A DNA stretch of 64,000 nucleotides. Origin: a virus (taxonomy: Duplodnaviria > Caudoviricetes). Below the pieces are notes generated by a model. It made no database searches. It worked only from the letters and a program-made list of their open reading frames with translations, and had not been told where the DNA came from. Location: the IMG/VR virus record IMGVR_UViG_3300020050_006168, positions 17,976 through 81,975 of that record; one strand, written 5' to 3'. A program made the position numbers and the translations under genes. Below, piece by piece: positions 8,714 through 16,736 of the stretch (position 1 is the first letter of the stretch; each line of letters begins with the position of its first letter).

Positions 8714-9085
8714 ATTGAAAAATTGTATGTCTTGCAGTATATCAATGTCATTCACATAAAATAACTCCTACCCCCCCATGGCTCGAACTGATCATCCTAG
8801 ACTATAGACATACACCATAGACATGGCTCGCGTGTCGGCTAACTTGCTGTGCAACTTTTACTCGGTGTCAATCGACCAGACACTTGCTGATATTCCTGAG
8901 TGATTCCGAGGGGTTCGGTTGCATTCGGCCTCATATATTGTGTGAAAGTTTTGCACCGTGAAATCGGCTAAGTGCTTGAAATCACTGGTGGCACGGTCGC
9001 TGCATCGAGTGTTTGCAACCGAGGTCGCAGCTAGCATGGTGCTGGCTATGTACCACGGTCAACGGGCATTGACCCATACCAAGGA
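8714..9085. other. non-coding GC-richer segment, candidate genome terminus/terminal repeat
   Basis: no convincing gene; C7 run near 8771; short direct repeats CATGGCTCG x2, TAGAC x3, ACTTGCTG x2; precedes early-type genes. Confidence 0.4.
8989..9004 (+). promoter_or_regulatory. sigma54 (-24/-12) promoter-like site
   Basis: TGGCACG-GTCG-CTGCA versus consensus TGGCACG-N4-TTGCW. Confidence 0.6.
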
Positions 9086-9092
9086 GTATATC

Positions 9093-9467
9093 ATGACAAA
9101 CACTACTAAACAACCAGCTAACTGGATTCATAGCTTTAACGTCGAGGGAGGTAGAGTATACGTCTCTGACAAGGGCGCTCTTAAGCTAGTTACTATCCAG
9201 CCTAATGGCATGGAGAGATTCTTAATGTGTCTTATGCCTGCACAAGCTACATTCCTAGCTAATGCAGCAGGGGACATTGGCAACTTCCTAGTCTCTGACG
9301 AGTACAAGGCTATTGAACACAACAAAGAACTTAACAAGGAAAAGAACAAGATCTCGAAGCAAATGGAAACAGAAAAAGCTAAGGCATTGCGTACTGCTCA
9401 GGCTGCCATTGAGGCATTACAGCGCTTAGGAGTTAGCGTTGATCTTGCTAAGGTATCTGGACAGTAA
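9093..9467 (+). CDS. early hypothetical protein with C-terminal coiled coil
   Basis: aaggag RBS favours ATG 9093 over the track start at 8958. Confidence 0.75.
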   Translation: MTNTTKQPANWIHSFNVEGGRVYVSDKGALKLVTIQPNGMERFLMCLMPAQATFLANAAGDIGNFLVSDEYKAIEHNKELNKEKNKISKQMETEKAKALRTAQAAIEALQRLGVSVDLAKVSGQ

Positions 9468-9564
9468 TCAGGGCTTAGTTAGGGGATATTTTGAATGAGC
9501 CAGTATGGAAGCTGGCTTCTTCGCTAATGTATCCTAACGATACAGAATAACAAAGGCGGGTATT

Positions 9565-9777
9565 GTGAACAACTTTCAAACAAAGTGTGTTACGGCGTTC
9601 TTTGATCTGAAGTCAAAGGACCCTAAAGTAACCAGGATTGCTATTATTAATCTACCAAAGCCAGGCGTGGCTGTAGAATTAGTCAATGGTGATAAAGTAT
9701 TTTATACAATGGCGGCCATTATGGACCCAATTGAGCGGTTATTACTGGCACCAAAGTCTAGAATAACAGCCCAATAA
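9565..9777 (+). CDS. early hypothetical protein
   Basis: GTG start, flanked by hairpins. Confidence 0.55.
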   Translation: MNNFQTKCVTAFFDLKSKDPKVTRIAIINLPKPGVAVELVNGDKVFYTMAAIMDPIERLLLAPKSRITAQ

Positions 9778-9981
9778 GGCAGCGGTGTGGCTTAAAACGA
9801 TTATATTCGAGATGAAGGTATATGTGCATATATTCAGCACCCTACCTTTAATAATCTCATTCTAGGATTAGACAGCCAGTCTCATCCTGGTCCCTATAGC
9901 GCATTTAGCTCGTACTGTCCAACGGTAGCGGCGTTCACTAGCGTGAATCGCTTTGCGGTCTTATAGGGTACCTCTTTATCC

Positions 9982-10011
9982 AACCCCGTTATATTAGTTA
10001 TAGCGGGTTTT
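9982..10011 (+). terminator. terminator-like hairpin
   Basis: AACCC(C)GTTATA/TATAGCGGGTT stem, short T tract. Confidence 0.4.
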
Positions 10012-10518
10012 CGTCTCATTCTTTCGACAAAAGGAGAAAGAACATGGTGTCCGCGATTATTTACTTTACCTATGGATCATTACATAAAATCTATGATTCA
10101 ACAGCCGATATGATGCAAGACATGGCCCGTCTCAAAAGAGATGGCTTTGATATCGTATCATACGAGTTCGAATAAGGGTATAAAGGCCATGGTTATTACT
10201 GCTAATATACTCTACAATCGTACATTAGCATGAAAGGATTGTTATGGCACTTGTGTTATCTACAGTGTTTATAAGCGTTATATACGGTTTGACACCCGCG
10301 ATTATATTCTTAGGAATCTTTATCGTGGTTGCATTGGTACTTAATATCTGAACTACAGACGTAAGTTCATTAGATTAGGAATAGCCGGTTTCTTAAAGGT
10401 GGCAGGATTTAACACAGTCCTGTAGCGAATCTATAGGGTTCTAGGTGAGGATTACCAGCCTAATAGATCAGAATGGCCGCCTTGATATGTAGAACTATTA
10501 CGGGCATTCTATTAATAC

Positions 10519-10529
10519 TATATGTTATT
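10519..10529. promoter_or_regulatory. copy of TATATGTTATT motif (orientation ambiguous)
   Basis: identical to the late-region motif; also reads as an extended -10 on + before an aggag RBS. Confidence 0.4.
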
Positions 10530-10759
10530 CTTTAGGAGATTATATGGGTATCACTATACTATGCTTTGTATTTTCTATAAGCTTCCTAGCTACTGACAAC
10601 ATACATACAAGTACATACATGGTGTGTGTTTCATTCTTGCTTATGGCTTTGATTCATTTTCTTATGCACATGGCAAACAAGGAATAGTTATGAACTGTCA
10701 AACCTGCGGTAATGAATATAATAAAGAATATGGAAGCTTGCTTTCAAGAAAGGTAAGAT

Positions 10760-10942
10760 ATGAAATTAATAAGAGCAATGTGTTTAGCTATTAGTATTAT
10801 ATTTATATTAACTGTTACAACTATTTTAGTTGTGGGATCAATTACGCTTTTACTATATGCCGTAAAGTCGCTAGCATTATTGATTGTTTTAGTAACATTT
10901 ACCATACTTACTATTTTTTGTTATGGTTGTATAGAAAACTAA
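10760..10942 (+). CDS. small membrane protein
   Basis: almost entirely hydrophobic. Confidence 0.55.
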   Translation: MKLIRAMCLAISIIFILTVTTILVVGSITLLLYAVKSLALLIVLVTFTILTIFCYGCIEN

Positions 10943-11148
10943 GAGGGATTATGAAACTAACACAGATTCGTATCAACCAGCTAATGGATAACCTAAGATA
11001 CTATTATCTCTTTGAGATGTGGGAATCTTATGACTTGACATTCGAAAAGCTTAGAGTGAATAATGTATTCCTAAACCACACAGGAAAGGATAATAACCAA
11101 TGCCCAATTATAAACTATTCTTCCAGCACACTAAAGAAACAGAGCTAG
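10918..11148 (+). CDS. hypothetical protein (likely start 10951)
   Basis: gaggg RBS before MKLTQ. Confidence 0.5.
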   Translation: MLWLYRKLRGIMKLTQIRINQLMDNLRYYYLFEMWESYDLTFEKLRVNNVFLNHTGKDNNQCPIINYSSSTLKKQS

Positions 11149-11309
11149 TAATCTATGAGCATGATCTGCTAGAACACATACAGGAAGCTCGCTTATCTGT
11201 CATGGATAAGTTTGTTGACTTCTATATTGAACCTTATATTGAATACGTTGGACCTGATGGATACTATCTAGACAGTGAAGGAATCTTTCATTACATGGAG
11301 GTTAAGTAA
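11100..11309 (+). CDS. small acidic hypothetical protein
   Basis: coupled to the ligase gene (TAATG). Confidence 0.5.
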   Translation: MPNYKLFFQHTKETELVIYEHDLLEHIQEARLSVMDKFVDFYIEPYIEYVGPDGYYLDSEGIFHYMEVK

Positions 11310-12631
11310 TGGAAATCTCAAAGCTTATTGGTTGTGTCAATGTGCCTGTTAGATTCGGACCTACTGTATCAGATCATTACGGAGCAATAGATCATTTAAA
11401 GAATGGCGTTGCAATCCTAATGTCAGTACAAAAATACTATAGTCATAATCAAGTACAGTTAATGATATTTCATAACAACGAAGTTAGAAATATTATTGTC
11501 AAAGGTGACACTAAGATAGCCAGGCTTAGAAAGAAGTCTGATCTTGAATCAATCTTAAGATCATACTCACGTCAGACCAAGACTAATTATAGTAAACGTC
11601 TTGACAAAAAGTCTATGAGACTTGGCTCAGACCCTGAGTTATTCATTGAACATAACGGACGTGTGGTCCCTTCATTTGAATACCTACCTTCTAAGAAGAC
11701 ACCTATTGAAAGTGAATACAATCAGTTATACTGGGATGGATACCAAGCTGAGTTCACTACACGAGCAGACACCTGTCTGTCATGGGTAGTAGACTCTGTA
11801 CAAAATGGATTAAAACAAACCCTTAGACAAGCACGCATGGTTAATCCTGACTATAAGATCTCAACACAAACTACAATGGACATACCATTTGCTAGATTAG
11901 AAACTGACAAAGACGAGCATGTAAGCTTCGGCTGTATGCCTAGTCTCAATGCCTATGGCATGAAGGGTATCACTGGTGATGGTAGGAATGTAGGGTTTAG
12001 ATCAGCCGGTGGGCATATACACTTTGGTCTTGTTGACGGGATGTTTATACAAGAGAAGAAGCTATCTGTGGAGCAAGCAGACCGCATTGTTAAGGCGCTA
12101 GACGCTGTCCTAGGGGTAGCATCAGTGTCTTTGTTTGCGGGCTATGACAACCCTGTTAGACGCACCATGTATGGGTTAGCTGGTGAGTATAGGTTGCCGC
12201 CTCATGGTCTAGAGTATAGAGTTCTTAGTAATGCTTGGATGTTTCATCCCCTCACTATGAACATTGTATTTGAACTTGCTAGGAACGCAGCTATCTTTGG
12301 GTTCAATGGATTCATTGGTAACTGGGAGCATGATGAAGCCGAGACCATTAAGATCATTAACACCTGTGATGTAGAGGGTGCAAGAAAAGTATTAGAGAAG
12401 AACAAAGATGTTCTTAAAGGTATCATCCAGGCACGCACACTATCTACTGAATCAGACATGGTAGTTGATATGATTATGAAAGGTGTCGATGCTTACTTAC
12501 CTAACTTCAAAGATGTTGAATCTAACTGGCATCTTAGTTCGGGTAAGTGGGTAGGACATTGTGAAGCTGAAGGTTGTAACATCTCTAACTTCTATGCTAT
12601 GATTAAGAAACAACAAGCCAAGGTAGGATAG
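11309..12631 (+). CDS. phiEco32-like COOH-NH2 ligase type 2
   Basis: RLGSDPELF; DGYQAEF; FGCMPSLNAY; RSAGGHIHFG; GEYRLPPHGLEYRVLSN. Confidence 0.9.
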   Translation: MEISKLIGCVNVPVRFGPTVSDHYGAIDHLKNGVAILMSVQKYYSHNQVQLMIFHNNEVRNIIVKGDTKIARLRKKSDLESILRSYSRQTKTNYSKRLDKKSMRLGSDPELFIEHNGRVVPSFEYLPSKKTPIESEYNQLYWDGYQAEFTTRADTCLSWVVDSVQNGLKQTLRQARMVNPDYKISTQTTMDIPFARLETDKDEHVSFGCMPSLNAYGMKGITGDGRNVGFRSAGGHIHFGLVDGMFIQEKKLSVEQADRIVKALDAVLGVASVSLFAGYDNPVRRTMYGLAGEYRLPPHGLEYRVLSNAWMFHPLTMNIVFELARNAAIFGFNGFIGNWEHDEAETIKIINTCDVEGARKVLEKNKDVLKGIIQARTLSTESDMVVDMIMKGVDAYLPNFKDVESNWHLSSGKWVGHCEAEGCNISNFYAMIKKQQAKVG

Positions 12632-12632
12632 T

Positions 12633-12938
12633 ATGATGTTGGCAGTTGGTCCTGTGTATTACTTTGAAACGCCTGATTATATCAAGGCTCACTTTGTAAT
12701 TACAGAAATATTTTCACAGCCAGAAGAAACATTTGATCCAGAATTACCTTCAATGGCACATGAACCGATAGCAAAAATTAAAATAGTTGATGGCGGAAGT
12801 AAAAACCCTAATAAAAATTGGTGGGAAGTAGGAATGATACATCATCTAACAACCAAAGATTGTATTCAAGGTAAGGTAACAAGACTTATTAAAACAAATG
12901 TTAACCGAAACAAAACAACAATGAAACAAAGGAGATAA
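12633..12938 (+). CDS. hypothetical protein
   Basis: coupled ORF. Confidence 0.55.
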   Translation: MMLAVGPVYYFETPDYIKAHFVITEIFSQPEETFDPELPSMAHEPIAKIKIVDGGSKNPNKNWWEVGMIHHLTTKDCIQGKVTRLIKTNVNRNKTTMKQRR

Positions 12939-12939
12939 T

Positions 12940-13197
12940 ATGTATACATTAATGGAAGCAATCGCATCAGGACGTAAGTTTAAACGAGCAGGATCTACTG
13001 GAGCCTATGGTATTCCAGCTACCTTTGGTCACGGTGATGTAGTCGCAACAGACTATGTGCTAGAACCTGCGGCTATTACGCTCTCAGCGGCTGACCTTGC
13101 CACGGCATGGGATGAAGTAGCAGATGAGTTCACTAACGTAAAGCCATCAGCCAGCAGCCCGCTGTTTGCTAAGCTTGTTGCTGCGTTGTTTGAATAA
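12940..13197 (+). CDS. hypothetical protein, weak Tad2/DUF2829-like pattern
   Basis: aggag RBS; EAIASGRKFKR...DVVATDYVLE. Confidence 0.45.
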   Translation: MYTLMEAIASGRKFKRAGSTGAYGIPATFGHGDVVATDYVLEPAAITLSAADLATAWDEVADEFTNVKPSASSPLFAKLVAALFE

Positions 13198-13450
13198 TCC
13201 GTTACAAGTAGGAGATACCTTTACCTGGGGTAGTGGCTGTGAGCACTATGTTGTAACTAGGATACTAGGTGATGGTTACTTTAAAGCTGCCATCTATTAT
13301 TCCTACAGTACATTTCGTGAAGAAATAACATTTAGTAAGTCATTTAATAATGACCACATGATTCTTCTTCAAGGATTAAGACCTGGTATCAGACCACCAA
13401 GTAAGAGCAATTATAAAGGGAGGAAGTATGCGCTTCGCATTGGCAGATGA
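13166..13450 (+). CDS. small SH3/KOW-like protein with C-terminal KSNYK
   Basis: LQVGDTF..YVVTRI pattern; start uncertain. Confidence 0.5.
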   Translation: MLSLLLRCLNNPLQVGDTFTWGSGCEHYVVTRILGDGYFKAAIYYSYSTFREEITFSKSFNNDHMILLQGLRPGIRPPSKSNYKGRKYALRIGR

Positions 13451-13667
13451 ACCAGTTGACTATCAGATTACAGTTCATTATAATAATTACATTGCTCACT
13501 ACGGAGCCTACTTCCTAGATCATCTTGAGTATGTGAATACATACATGGCTAGAGAGTCTGTGTGTAAACAGTTCCCATTAATGCACGGGTTCATTATCAC
13601 ATACGGATATGATAAGCTTATTACATTTCATTCTATGATCAGTGCATCTAAGGTAGTTGCTTCATGA
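13428..13667 (+). CDS. hypothetical protein
   Basis: ggagg RBS. Confidence 0.6.
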   Translation: MRFALADEPVDYQITVHYNNYIAHYGAYFLDHLEYVNTYMARESVCKQFPLMHGFIITYGYDKLITFHSMISASKVVAS

Positions 13668-13960
13668 TACAAGTAAGATCATGGGACCAGATCAAAGCAG
13701 GAGATACATTAATCTATTATGATAAGACAGATGAAATGGCATTTGATCAAAGATACTATTATATAATCTTATCTGTATCAGATAACTATTACATACAGGA
13801 AGCTAGAAGATTTGATGGTATCTATAAAGGTACGGCCAACACTAGAAGAAAAGAAGATATAGAAGAACGAATTAAAAACGGCCATGTGTTTTTTAAAGAT
13901 AAGAGTAACAACAAGAGGAGTAAGTATGGGTTTAAGCCGACGCCTCGTAGGAATGTTTAG
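13664..13960 (+). CDS. small SH3/KOW-like hypothetical protein
   Basis: IKAGDTLIY..YYIILSV. Confidence 0.55.
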   Translation: MIQVRSWDQIKAGDTLIYYDKTDEMAFDQRYYYIILSVSDNYYIQEARRFDGIYKGTANTRRKEDIEERIKNGHVFFKDKSNNKRSKYGFKPTPRRNV

Positions 13961-14342
13961 GATATTAGATCCTGACGACAAGCTTGAACAGGTATACTAT
14001 GGATGGATTGTAGTAGGTGATGGTGGTGACGTGTTCTATACATCACATGATGAACATCTTAGTCCTGATAAGTTTGTATCTCAATATGTATTAGAAGAAC
14101 AATACAGTATGGATGTATATGATGCTGAAGAGGATGAGACAAGTGAACAGGAGTTTGACATTGAGGTTATGATCCTTAATCAGAACACAATGCATCTACA
14201 TAACTTAAGTATTGAATCATGGAGAGAACTTAGATACGCTGGTGACTACGGACACCTTGAATGGTTAGAACAATTAGCTCTTAACAAAGTAAAAGAATTG
14301 CAACCTAAAGAAGATGAAGAGGATGGTGTATATGGGAACTAA
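13953..14342 (+). CDS. highly acidic hypothetical protein
   Basis: start reassigned to MFRILD; about 25% D/E by hand count. Confidence 0.6.
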   Translation: MFRILDPDDKLEQVYYGWIVVGDGGDVFYTSHDEHLSPDKFVSQYVLEEQYSMDVYDAEEDETSEQEFDIEVMILNQNTMHLHNLSIESWRELRYAGDYGHLEWLEQLALNKVKELQPKEDEEDGVYGN

Positions 14343-14625
14343 AGTATTGGAAGAAGATAGCAAGACCGGCAGTTCACACATTGTGTCATTGAACTACGAG
14401 ATTCCTAAGTATCAAATAGGAATGATTGTTGGGTTCAATAATGTAGATCCTTCTCAACCTGATAAGATGATTGAGTCTGAGGTAACAGCTATTCAATCCT
14501 CAATAGATCTTGATAAGGAAGGTAACATCGTAGAGAATCATGCGTATGAATTATCTAACGGTATGTTAATCCTTGAGGAAGATGTTGAGTATTACTTTCC
14601 TTTGGATGATGAAGATGAAGTATAA
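14332..14625 (+). CDS. acidic hypothetical protein
   Basis: YQIGMIV; ends DDEDEV. Confidence 0.6.
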   Translation: MGTKVLEEDSKTGSSHIVSLNYEIPKYQIGMIVGFNNVDPSQPDKMIESEVTAIQSSIDLDKEGNIVENHAYELSNGMLILEEDVEYYFPLDDEDEV

Positions 14626-14812
14626 TATAGGTGATGTAATTAAATTTAAAAAAGATGGTTTTAGCATACAAGATCATTTTGAATTGATTGAGAAATACAG
14701 ACTGGTAGATTTTGTAGGTAAAGTTATACAGTCAGAGCTAGTACGTCCTAGAACCAATGTTCCAAAACAAAAGGCGCAGCTATCCCTATATATCCGTAAG
14801 ATCAATACCTAA
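14615..14812 (+). CDS. small KOW-like hypothetical protein
   Basis: MKYNIGDVIKFK. Confidence 0.45.
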   Translation: MKYNIGDVIKFKKDGFSIQDHFELIEKYRLVDFVGKVIQSELVRPRTNVPKQKAQLSLYIRKINT

Positions 14813-14988
14813 GCTAATGTTATAGGTATAGTGTAATCTCTCTATAGCCTTGAGAGATACTTGTTTCATTTTACTACAGAGCTACCCGCCGGATTCGCAA
14901 TTGAACGGTAAAAGATAGGTGCCTCAAACTAGGTAACAAGTTACCGGACTCTAGCCAATACATTCCAATAGGTGGATATGAATACGTT

Positions 14989-15474
14989 TCATTTCTTCCC
15001 CGTATCCATCTCTATTAGACAGCCTCTAGAATCATCCCCCAGAACCATGCAGTTTTCAGGACCGCTTCCTATTTCAATCTGGGCTTTAGGTTTATAGATC
15101 TTTGCTGGTTTAAAGTATGGGCCTTTCATTCCACATACTTTGTCTAAACATCTTTGTAAGGATTTGTTATCATAAGCTTTAACTCTGAACACTTTGTATC
15201 CAGTGCTTCTATACTTCTTATCTTTCTTTATATCTTTTTTCTTTTGTGCTTCAGTATCATGTATACTACCATCAACTTCAATAATATACTTATACTTTCT
15301 GTTGATAACATCAGGAATGTAGCAAGCAAATGGAACATTAAACTCATCGTCTATTGTTCTATATGGAAGGAAGTGAGACATGAACCAACGCTCAGATCTA
15401 GGTATGTTCTGTCTTATCTTAGCTGCGAATTGTTTTAGTTTTAATCGCTTTAATTTAGTTGACTCTCTAACCAT
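14989..15474 (-). CDS. DUF559/Vsr-like (EDxHD-type) endonuclease
   Basis: SERWF; YIPDVI; IIEVDGSIHD; KDKKYRSTGYKVFR; ggggag RBS before MVRES. Confidence 0.85.
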   Translation of the reverse strand: MVRESTKLKRLKLKQFAAKIRQNIPRSERWFMSHFLPYRTIDDEFNVPFACYIPDVINRKYKYIIEVDGSIHDTEAQKKKDIKKDKKYRSTGYKVFRVKAYDNKSLQRCLDKVCGMKGPYFKPAKIYKPKAQIEIGSGPENCMVLGDDSRGCLIEMDTGKK

Positions 15475-15492
15475 TGTCATCTCCCCGTAGTA

Positions 15493-15521
15493 TCTATAAC
15501 ACAACCCTTATGTAATGTCAA
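15493..15521 (-). promoter_or_regulatory. sigma70 promoter of the antisense DUF559 gene
   Basis: minus strand TTGACA-17 nt-TATAGA with upstream TG. Confidence 0.6.
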
Positions 15522-15529
15522 GGATAATT

Positions 15530-15820
15530 ATGCAAGAACACTTAGCTAAGATTATGATATTAAATAAAGAAGATCAAACAAAGCTCATGCCTTTTTTTAG
15601 TATTGGTTATGTGGATGCTGTTGGTATACCAATCATCCTTAATAGAATTGAAGCACAAAAATATTATTTTTATTCTTTACGCGTACAGAACAATCATGTA
15701 ACCTTTAATGAAGTGTATTTAAAGAATACACCAGAGGTTACTTTCTTATTACAAGAAATATTTAATAGATCAACACAAACTAAATCTAACTTTAAGTGGG
15801 GCAGGAATGTACATAAATAG
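15530..15820 (+). CDS. hypothetical protein with C-terminal KSNFK
   Basis: aagga RBS before MQEHL. Confidence 0.6.
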   Translation: MQEHLAKIMILNKEDQTKLMPFFSIGYVDAVGIPIILNRIEAQKYYFYSLRVQNNHVTFNEVYLKNTPEVTFLLQEIFNRSTQTKSNFKWGRNVHK

Positions 15821-16097
15821 AATGGCTTGTGTTCCAACAGAACTATTATACACTATGAATCTTATACAGAAACAAGAAAGCTATAGTGAAAAAATGATTC
15901 TTCATGTTAAGGAACGATGCTCTGAATATGTTATTATTTGTTGGGGCTATACAATAAATAAGTTTAATAACGATGTTCATGTATTAGATATTCCAGTGAC
16001 AGAAGTGTTGCTCAATAAACTATTACATACTTATGAAATGAAGGCAGCCCATGATACTAAAACCAATTTTAAATTTAAAAGGAGTAGCCATGTCTGA
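15807..16097 (+). CDS. hypothetical protein with C-terminal KTNFK
   Basis: coupled ORF. Confidence 0.6.
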   Translation: MYINRMACVPTELLYTMNLIQKQESYSEKMILHVKERCSEYVIICWGYTINKFNNDVHVLDIPVTEVLLNKLLHTYEMKAAHDTKTNFKFKRSSHV

Positions 16098-16299
16098 TAG
16101 AACTAGAGTTTTTGTTTACAAACGAAGCGATCAATTCTCAGTTGATGTAGTAGTCAACGAGCTAGCAGCATCTGTTGTGTTCAGTAATATTGTTACACCA
16201 GAGAACTCTCCGGCTGCTGTTAAAGAATTGTTTCTTGAGGAAGCAGAGAAGGCTGTGACTAAACAACTAGAGGGAGACAACTATGCTCAAGGGTCTTGA
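16090..16299 (+). CDS. hypothetical protein
   Basis: aaggag RBS before MSDRT. Confidence 0.65.
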   Translation: MSDRTRVFVYKRSDQFSVDVVVNELAASVVFSNIVTPENSPAAVKELFLEEAEKAVTKQLEGDNYAQGS

Positions 16300-16735
16300 G
16301 TTAGAAAAGGAAAAAGAATATCCGTTAGATGCAAAGCCTGATGGCACGGTTATTCTACCTGTAAACCTTCAAGGTATCATGGAGTTTGGTTCTGCTTATC
16401 GTAGATTCAAATGGTTGTATCCTGAAACGTATAAGAAGTATGTGGCTGATTGTATTGAGGGTGTTGTATTTCCTGGCAGTGTTCGTATGTATAAAGAGAA
16501 AGGCCAGAACATTATCTTATTATACTATAAGCTATATGAAGTGGGTGACATGAAACAATTTGAAACACCAAGACTTGACACTCAGTTGTTAACTTGTATT
16601 CATAATTTGTTTCAGCTTGACATACCAGGAAACAAAGTGTATGCTCCACCTATCAGCTATGAGTTAACTATTCAAACCATCATCAAACAATTAGAAACAC
16701 ACAAAGATTTTAAATGGATTGTGTTGGGAGATTAA
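16283..16735 (+). CDS. macrodomain-like protein (DarG/T4 tk.4-like, divergent)
   Basis: VILPVNLQGIMEFGSAYRRFKWLYPETYKKYVADC resembles the pattern hh(P)VNcxGvMGxGIAxxFKxxYPxxYxxYxxxC. Confidence 0.55.
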   Translation: MLKGLELEKEKEYPLDAKPDGTVILPVNLQGIMEFGSAYRRFKWLYPETYKKYVADCIEGVVFPGSVRMYKEKGQNIILLYYKLYEVGDMKQFETPRLDTQLLTCIHNLFQLDIPGNKVYAPPISYELTIQTIIKQLETHKDFKWIVLGD

Positions 16736-16736
16736 T

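Noticed and set aside
8958-9092. N-terminal extension of the 8958 ORF
   Set aside because: A strong aaggag RBS precedes ATG 9093; the extension runs through the regulatory sigma54 site
9899-9960. GCGCATTTAGCTC looks like a tRNA 5' end and D arm
   Set aside because: No matching acceptor 3' strand, no TTC T-loop, no CCA; kept only as a generic structured element
14805-15521. Group I intron carrying the DUF559 nuclease
   Set aside because: Only an S-like AGAGTCC plus hairpin on minus; no R/P7 partner, no structured 5' half, no interrupted gene on that strand
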